Below are positions 44,018 through 49,370 of a stretch of 49,370 nucleotides of DNA, piece after piece. A program made the translations under genes and the position numbers. The notes under the pieces are model-generated. The model was not told the origin of the DNA, did no database searches, and saw only the letters and a list, made by a program, of their open reading frames with translations. Within the stretch, counting starts at the first letter, position 1. The number at the start of each line of letters is the position of its first letter. The stretch comes from Minisyncoccota bacterium (lineage in GTDB: Bacteria; Patescibacteriota; Minisyncoccia; UBA6257; JAAZHW01), in contig DAONDV010000002.1 in NCBI GenBank assembly GCA_035402745.1, forward strand, positions 1 through 49,370, read 5' to 3'.

Positions 44018-44047
44018 ATAAAGGAGCCGCAAAGCGGCTCCTTTTTC
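44018..44047. terminator. Bidirectional terminator
   Basis: AAAGGAGCCGC-AAA-GCGGCTCCTTTTT. Confidence 0.7.
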
Positions 44048-44057
44048 ATTTACATTT

Positions 44058-44789
44058 TTACCTTAAAGTCCAACCACCATCAACCACAATAATTTGTCCA
44101 GTAATATAATCAGCTTTCTCTGAGGCTAAAAAGACTACTGCATTAGCAATATCTTCCGGCTCCCCCATTCTTGCCAAAGGAATTGCGGCAATGGTTTGTT
44201 TTTTTGTTTCTTCGGGAGCAGCTGCGCCCGGAGTATTAATGGCGCCGGGAGCTACTGCATTCACGTTAATTTTCTTAGATGCTAATTCTAAAGCCATGGC
44301 TCTTACCATGCCATTCACTCCACCTTTAGAAGCGCAATAATGAACTAAACCTTCAAAACCAACCATCGAGGCAATAGAAGATGTGTCTACAATTTTTGAA
44401 CCTTCTTTCATTACCTTAGCAGCAGCCTGCGAACATAAAAACATACTCTTTAAATTAACATTCATCACTTTATCCCAATCTGCCTCCTGCATCTCCATAA
44501 AAGGTTTAAATGGAAAAATGCCGGCGTTATTGACTAAAATATCTAGTCTACCAAAGCTTTCTATAGTTTTAGCAATTAAATTATCAACTTCCACTTTATT
44601 AGAAACATCACACTTGATAGCTAAACTTTTTACTCCTAGTTTGACTATTTCTTGAGCTGCTTGCTCACTAGTGGCCTGATTAATATCACTAATCACGACA
44701 TTGCATCCTTCTTTAGCCAAAGCCGTAGCAATACCGAGGCCAATACCCTGACCAGAGCCCGTAACAATAGCTACTTTATCTTTAAACAT
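44058..44789 (-). CDS. SDR family oxidoreductase (FabG-like 3-oxoacyl reductase)
   Basis: TGSGQGIG cofactor motif, NNAG, catalytic YCASKGG. Confidence 0.85.
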   Translation of the reverse strand: MFKDKVAIVTGSGQGIGLGIATALAKEGCNVVISDINQATSEQAAQEIVKLGVKSLAIKCDVSNKVEVDNLIAKTIESFGRLDILVNNAGIFPFKPFMEMQEADWDKVMNVNLKSMFLCSQAAAKVMKEGSKIVDTSSIASMVGFEGLVHYCASKGGVNGMVRAMALELASKKINVNAVAPGAINTPGAAAPEETKKQTIAAIPLARMGEPEDIANAVVFLASEKADYITGQIIVVDGGWTLR

Positions 44790-44829
44790 ATTTTTTAAAA
44801 AATTACTCGACTATTATTTTAATACAAAA

Positions 44830-45156
44830 CTAAACGTTTTCTTTCTTTTTGAATCCTTCGATCAAGAATAATATACCGACTATCAAAGGAATGCCGCCAA
44901 TAATGAAAAGCCACCACTGCAAACCAGAGGCTGACAATAAATATCTAAGACCAAAAACAATAAAAATCCAACCGCCAATTTTCGGCCATTTCCAAGATGC
45001 CAGAGTTATTATCAAAACCGCCAAAGCCAGAAGTCCATGCATTAAAGAATCTCGCCAAGTGAATTCCGGACCAAAACCTTCTAAAATAAAAATGGCAAAA
45101 AAACCGACAACTAAAATCGAAAGCGCTCGAGGAAGATAATAAATGATTTTTTTCAT
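44830..45156 (-). CDS. Integral membrane protein (108 aa from the ATG at 45156)
   Basis: Starts MKKIIYYLPRAL. The track ORF extends to a TTG at 45270, but a terminator (45215-45245) lies inside that extension. Confidence 0.5.
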   Translation of the reverse strand: MKKIIYYLPRALSILVVGFFAIFILEGFGPEFTWRDSLMHGLLALAVLIITLASWKWPKIGGWIFIVFGLRYLLSASGLQWWLFIIGGIPLIVGILFLIEGFKKKENV

Positions 45157-45214
45157 AGTTTTATAAAATGCTAATTCTACATATCTATTATAACAGAAAA
45201 TAAATGATGCGCCA

Positions 45215-45245
45215 CAAACAAAAAACCCGCTAATAAGCAGGTTTT
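45215..45245 (-). terminator. Intrinsic terminator after 45272..45583
   Basis: Minus strand AACCUGC-UUAUUA-GCGGGUU (one G-U pair) followed by U5. Confidence 0.5.
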
Positions 45246-45271
45246 TAATACCCTTAATAATTATGATCAAA

Positions 45272-45583
45272 TTAAAACAGCAACACCCCAGTTATAATCA
45301 CAATAATAAAAATAATCAGCCAGGCTAAAGTGATAAAAAGCAAAATAAAAGCTTCTTTTTTAAGTCCACTTAAATAAAGATGAATTGGCTTGCCCATGAC
45401 TAACAAACCCGTTACCGAAGCCGAAATAATAAACAAAAGCAACATAAAAAGCGGTATCAAAAAACTAGGTTTATTATCAAAGATATGTTCCCCGTTAAAA
45501 ATCAACCACGCTACAATAGATACATATGCAAAAACACCTAAGGCATTTATTAAACTCTTTAAAATATATTCTGATTTTTTCAT
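45272..45583 (-). CDS. Integral membrane protein (103 aa)
   Basis: 3 TM helices. No family recognised. Confidence 0.5.
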   Translation of the reverse strand: MKKSEYILKSLINALGVFAYVSIVAWLIFNGEHIFDNKPSFLIPLFMLLLFIISASVTGLLVMGKPIHLYLSGLKKEAFILLFITLAWLIIFIIVIITGVLLF

Positions 45584-45621
45584 AAATTAAATTGTGGTCT
45601 TAGAATTATATTAATTAATTT

Positions 45622-47196
45622 CTAAATAACCGAGTAATTATCTTTAAGCCATTGCAATAAGACATCGGAATCATTTTTTCTATTTTCAGATCCTAGAACA
45701 ATAATTGCTACCGGCACATCTCCTTGGCTAGTATGAATATTCCATACGGACGCTAGTGTTTGTTTTGCCGCACTCGTTTCCCCATTTTTAACTCCGATTA
45801 AATCTGGATTCCCAATATATTCATTAACATTTTGGAGATTAGGAATATCTATGGTCTCCCCGATTTTTATTAGTCCCACATTATCAAATGCTATGCCCTT
45901 ACCAATATCAAAAAGAAAGGGACGTTTATAATAAATATATTGAAGTAGTTTTGAAATATCATAAGCCGTGGAGACATTCTGAGCACTCACACCGGAAGCG
46001 TCGGAAAATTGAGTATCCGTCATTTGGAGTGAAATTGCCTTAGCATTCATATTTTTTACAAAAACATCATCGCCTAAAAATCCGGAGAGTATTTGCGCAG
46101 ATTCATTAGAAGACTGCATAAGAAGAGGATAAAGTAAATCAAGGCCAATATAACGTTCTCCTACGAGAGGTTGAAACGTCTGGGAAACGCTTGCCAACAT
46201 TGATGAGGTAACCTTTATGGAACGACCGAGATAAATTATTTCATGCGCTACAACCCCAGTCATAAGTTTAGTCAATGAAGCAATGGGTAGTTTTTCCTCT
46301 GCTTTTTTCTCTAAAAGAATTTCACCAGAAGAAAGATCGGTAATCAAAAAAGCTTTTGCATTAATACTGGGAAAAACAGCATTAGTGGCCTTAAAGTTAA
46401 GTATACCAAAATTATTATTTTTATTATTTTCTAATACTAAAATGGGTGTCCCTGTTTTAACGAAATTAAACACCACTTTTGCGTCTTCGGTAGCTAAACG
46501 TATGCAACCACCGGAGTAGCTTTGCGCAACGGGTGTCCCGTCATCATAATAGGGCCAACCATGAATAAAATAATTACCATAAAACTGAATACTATATGGC
46601 ATCCATACATTTCCTATTGATGAAAAAGCATTTACCGATTTCCCCAAAACCTTATAATCGCCCGTGGGTGTTTCCCACCAACTTTTTTCCTTACCTTTTG
46701 TCAAAATTTTCACCACCTTATCAGCTACCCCATTTTTGTATAATGTAAGCTCCATGGTACGGAGGTTTGCTTCAATAAAATTTTCCTTATTTTGAAGATA
46801 TTCTATTTTTTGAGTAATAAATTTTTGTTCGTCCGGAAATACCATTTCTCCGGTATCAGCAAAAGATATTTGAGACTGAGCCAATCGAGTATAAAATTCC
46901 CTAACTTTCTGTGTGTTAATATTTGAAAGATCAAGACGATCATGCCATAAATAAAAAATCACGCCACTAAGCAAAATAATGACGCAAACAAAAATAGAAT
47001 AAATAAATAAACGTTTCGACTTTGTTTTATTTAAAGTCTGAGCTTGATAATCTTTTATAATTCCCAGATCTTGAAAAGATTTACGTATATCAATTTCTTG
47101 CCAACCAACATCAAGAAGAGCTTTATATATATCTTCAGTAGTTTTACCAGCTGCAAAAGAATCTTGAATATATTTTTTAAGCTCTTCGGTTATCAT
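45622..47196 (-). CDS. Bifunctional-looking membrane-anchored L,D-transpeptidase (YkuD) / D-alanyl-D-alanine carboxypeptidase (S11) fusion
   Basis: TM at aa 63-84. YkuD motif HGWPYYDD...SYSGGCIRL (aa 212-234). S11 motifs SLTK (SxxK, aa 307), SSNES (SxN), KNGET (KTG-like). Confidence 0.75.
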   Translation of the reverse strand: MITEELKKYIQDSFAAGKTTEDIYKALLDVGWQEIDIRKSFQDLGIIKDYQAQTLNKTKSKRLFIYSIFVCVIILLSGVIFYLWHDRLDLSNINTQKVREFYTRLAQSQISFADTGEMVFPDEQKFITQKIEYLQNKENFIEANLRTMELTLYKNGVADKVVKILTKGKEKSWWETPTGDYKVLGKSVNAFSSIGNVWMPYSIQFYGNYFIHGWPYYDDGTPVAQSYSGGCIRLATEDAKVVFNFVKTGTPILVLENNKNNNFGILNFKATNAVFPSINAKAFLITDLSSGEILLEKKAEEKLPIASLTKLMTGVVAHEIIYLGRSIKVTSSMLASVSQTFQPLVGERYIGLDLLYPLLMQSSNESAQILSGFLGDDVFVKNMNAKAISLQMTDTQFSDASGVSAQNVSTAYDISKLLQYIYYKRPFLFDIGKGIAFDNVGLIKIGETIDIPNLQNVNEYIGNPDLIGVKNGETSAAKQTLASVWNIHTSQGDVPVAIIVLGSENRKNDSDVLLQWLKDNYSVI

Positions 47197-47248
47197 GCTA
47201 TTATTTAAAAATCTATTATTCCAATTTTATACTAAATATATTTTTGTG

Positions 47249-47303
47249 GCGCCGCACTTTTGTGCGGCATCCTACAAAAACATAGTCTCCGCCAATTGGC
47301 GGA
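47249..47303 (-). terminator. Two tandem hairpins downstream of tRNA-Ala
   Basis: CCGCCAATTGGCGG (47289-47303) and GCCGCACTTTTGTGCGGC (47249-47266), each followed by a U-rich run on the minus strand. Confidence 0.5.
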
Positions 47304-47315
47304 TCGTTGTTTTTG

Positions 47316-47386
47316 TGGACCTACGGGGAATCGAACCCCGCCCTCGCCCATGCCATGGGCGCGTAATACCGATTTACTATAGGCCC
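47316..47386 (-). tRNA. tRNA-Ala (anticodon GGC)
   Basis: Acceptor GGGCCUA/UAGGUCC with the G3-U70 Ala identity pair, anticodon stem CGCCC/GGGCG with loop AU-GGC-AU, T loop UUCGAUU, discriminator A, no CCA. Confidence 0.9.
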
Positions 47387-47463
47387 GGATATATTATCTA
47401 ATTTACCAAATAAATAAAGAAAATTCAATCCATTTGCACTAATTTATGCCAATGGATTCTTTG

Positions 47464-47535
47464 TGCCCTCGCCAGGAATCGAACCTGGATCGACGCGTTA
47501 GGAGTGCGCCGTTCTATCCATTGAACTACGAGGGC
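47464..47535 (-). tRNA. tRNA-Arg (anticodon CCT)
   Basis: Acceptor GCCCUCG/CGAGGGC, D arm GUUC-AAUGGAUA-GAAC, anticodon loop CU-CCU-AA (A31-C39 mismatch at the stem base), T arm CCAGG-UUCGAUU-CCUGG. Confidence 0.85.
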
Positions 47536-47574
47536 AATAACAACAATACCAAATAAAATTTGAGTACTTAAAGA

Positions 47575-48120
47575 TTATTTTTCTACTGCTCTAGCAAAAT
47601 AGAATAAGAGCTTAGAAAGATGATTAAGATACATTAGCACTTCTTTATTTATTTTTCCATAAGCAACCGCCTTTCTTTCGGCTCGCCTACAAACAGTTCT
47701 AACAATATCAATAATAGCGGATTTTTTATTTTTGCCGGGGATAATAAAACATTTCAATGTCCCAACTTTTTTCATATACACCCCAAGACTCTCATCTAAT
47801 TTATCAATATTATTTTTCAAAGATTGTTTGGGCGCGCAAGCAATTTGCCCGGAAATAATAAATATATCTTTCTGAATTTCTTCAATCAAAATTTTATCCT
47901 TATTTCCCAAATAATTTTTTGCCAATCCTAACCAACAATTCAATTCATCCAAATCCCCTAACAAATCAAAAATCAAAGAATTTTTAGAAATTCTCCCTCC
48001 TTTCATCAAAGCGCTTTTCCCATTATCACCAGGGAATGAAAACATCATAAAATCATTTAATCCCGCCTCCAACGGAATTAAAGTTTTGTTTCCGCTAAAA
48101 TTTTTGAATATCGCGGACAA
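47575..48120 (-). CDS. PduO-type ATP:cob(I)alamin adenosyltransferase-like protein
   Basis: GDNGKSAL..GGRISK, GDLDELNCWLG and CRRAERKAV blocks. The track start is a TTG, and an internal ATG at about 48048 is an alternative. Confidence 0.75.
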   Translation of the reverse strand: MSAIFKNFSGNKTLIPLEAGLNDFMMFSFPGDNGKSALMKGGRISKNSLIFDLLGDLDELNCWLGLAKNYLGNKDKILIEEIQKDIFIISGQIACAPKQSLKNNIDKLDESLGVYMKKVGTLKCFIIPGKNKKSAIIDIVRTVCRRAERKAVAYGKINKEVLMYLNHLSKLLFYFARAVEK

Positions 48121-48125
48121 AACCT

Positions 48126-49244
48126 TTAATAATTATATTCATCAATATACAAACCATTGGCGTCACGTAAAATTAGAATGTCGTCTTTAGACTTCATAAT
48201 ATTAGTGCCGCTATAAGTATACCACTCCTTGCCGAGGAAATCGGTATCATAACGATAACGATTAAAACATCCGGCATAATTCAATCTTGATGTGGCAAAA
48301 GTTCTACAGGCCGCATCATCGGTATATGCATTCAATTCATTAGCACTGGGTATGACGCAAGAGGATAAACTAATAAGATAATTCTGACAAGGAATGGAAA
48401 TTCCGAACATCTCCGTCTTTTCCGGCCTCGGACAAGAATTGGATAAAGTAGGATTAAATTTATAAGTGGAATTCAAATAACCAAAACATTTATTGATTTT
48501 AAAATTCATATCCATAGGACTACTCTCGCCAAAAACAAACAAATAATCCCCACTCTTCAAAACAATATTCCTTGCCTCTTCGGTACTAGCGGAGTTATAA
48601 ACTTCTTTGCCCTGCGGAACAGCGAATTTTCCGGATCCAGCCGTAAGAGTCCAACCGGTTACATTAGTTGCCAAACCGTCATTCCTTAAAGTAATTTTCA
48701 TAATCTGATTTGGATATTGACCGGGAGTAGCGGAAACAATTTTTACCTTACCTATATATTCAGAAACAACGGCTCTAAAACTCCTCACAGCCGGAGTTAA
48801 ATCAACAATACCATCTTTAGTTTTAGCGCGCACTTGAAAAGTGTAAGTTGCATCTCCAGCCGGAAGAATAATGGAGCGAGCATTTGTGGTGCTTACTTGC
48901 CAATCTTTATCTACTCCACTTAATTTCGTTTCAAATGTCATTCCGGTCATATCCCCACTCCAAATAGATATAAAATGAAACGCTATTACGGCGGAATCTT
49001 TAATAAATTCCCCTTCCTCAGGACCGGAAATAATATTCGTATCCGGTCTAGGACCGGCATAAGAAGTAGCTGACGGAGTCGGGGTATTGGTACTAATCCC
49101 GGGACTAGAAATTATTTCATTATTAGTAAAATTAAAATCGGGCAATTTAAAATATTTCCCTAAAGTGCCGGGGAAAGCTTGTCCCAAAACAAAAAGAACA
49201 ATTAATAAACTAATAATAAAAAATACAATTGGTACTTTATTCAT
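48126..49244 (-). CDS. Secreted/anchored protein with Ig-like (Y_Y_Y-type) region, possible lamin-tail domain and Cys-rich C-terminus
   Basis: N-terminal TM. FETKLSGVDKDWQV...ATYTFQVRAKTKDG resembles Y_Y_Y/Ig-like repeats. KIVSATPG...ITLRNDG..VTGWTL is LTD-like. 8 Cys in the last 120 aa. Confidence 0.55.
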   Translation of the reverse strand: MNKVPIVFFIISLLIVLFVLGQAFPGTLGKYFKLPDFNFTNNEIISSPGISTNTPTPSATSYAGPRPDTNIISGPEEGEFIKDSAVIAFHFISIWSGDMTGMTFETKLSGVDKDWQVSTTNARSIILPAGDATYTFQVRAKTKDGIVDLTPAVRSFRAVVSEYIGKVKIVSATPGQYPNQIMKITLRNDGLATNVTGWTLTAGSGKFAVPQGKEVYNSASTEEARNIVLKSGDYLFVFGESSPMDMNFKINKCFGYLNSTYKFNPTLSNSCPRPEKTEMFGISIPCQNYLISLSSCVIPSANELNAYTDDAACRTFATSRLNYAGCFNRYRYDTDFLGKEWYTYSGTNIMKSKDDILILRDANGLYIDEYNY

Positions 49245-49270
49245 ATAAAAACTATTTAAAAAGACTTTAG

Positions 49271-49341
49271 TCGGGCTGCCGGGAATCGAACCCGGTCTTT
49301 ACGCACCCGAAGCGCACGTACTACCGGTATACTACAGCCCG
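49271..49341 (-). tRNA. tRNA-Pro (anticodon CGG)
   Basis: Acceptor CGGGCUG/CAGCCCG, anticodon stem UGCGC/GCGUA with loop UU-CGG-GU (G37), T arm CCGGG-UUCGAUU-CCCGG, discriminator A. Confidence 0.9.
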
Positions 49342-49370
49342 TTAAACAAGATCACAACAACTAAGCCTTA

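Noticed and set aside
45157-45270. TTG-initiated 38-codon extension of the 44830 membrane-protein ORF
   Set aside because: The extension contains the terminator hairpin of the upstream gene. The internal ATG at 45156 gives a normal MKK-type N-terminus.
47195-47401. 68-aa ORF overlapping tRNA-Ala
   Set aside because: The span is explained by a well-formed tRNA-Ala(GGC) and its terminator hairpins on the opposite strand.
1-49370. Search for CRISPR arrays, transposases, integrases, reverse transcriptases/DGRs and toxin-antitoxin pairs
   Set aside because: No direct-repeat/spacer array, and no DDE, HUH, tyrosine or serine recombinase or RT motifs, were seen in any ORF. The only repeat family found is the three-copy palindrome reported above.

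Overview
AT-rich, tightly packed bacterial chromosomal segment that uses the standard genetic code (TGA acts as a stop in two ATGA gene overlaps). By inference it resembles a Candidate Phyla Radiation / Patescibacteria genome: reduced housekeeping proteins, many membrane-anchored hypotheticals, a minor-pilin cluster, and lamin-tail-domain and Pro/Thr-linker surface proteins. Recognisable housekeeping genes are valS (partial), cysS, leuS, ligA, polA, pcrA, mutM, holA, holB, frr, rseP, mreB, murA, tsaE, an Hsp20, speD, a patatin-like lipase, a YhhQ-like transporter, a beta-CASP MBL nuclease, an EndoQ-like PHP protein, a PduO-type adenosyltransferase and an SDR. There are five tRNAs: Ser-CGA, Ser-TGA, Ala-GGC, Arg-CCT and Pro-CGG. 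I saw no rRNA, CRISPR array, transposase, integrase or reverse transcriptase. The most unusual items are: (1) three copies of a perfect hairpin palindrome that bracket a PaaX/Cas2-like regulator gene and a 1039-aa secreted phospholipase-C-like/LTD protein operon, right beside a tRNA; (2) tRNA-Ser(CGA) embedded in a GC-rich, self-complementary, promoter-to-terminator unit of about 255 nt; (3) three compositionally atypical single-gene cassettes of unknown function, each with its own consensus promoter, strong SD and terminator; (4) an L,D-transpeptidase / D,D-carboxypeptidase fusion. All calls come from reading the sequence and ORF translations by eye. No searches, folding or composition calculations were run.
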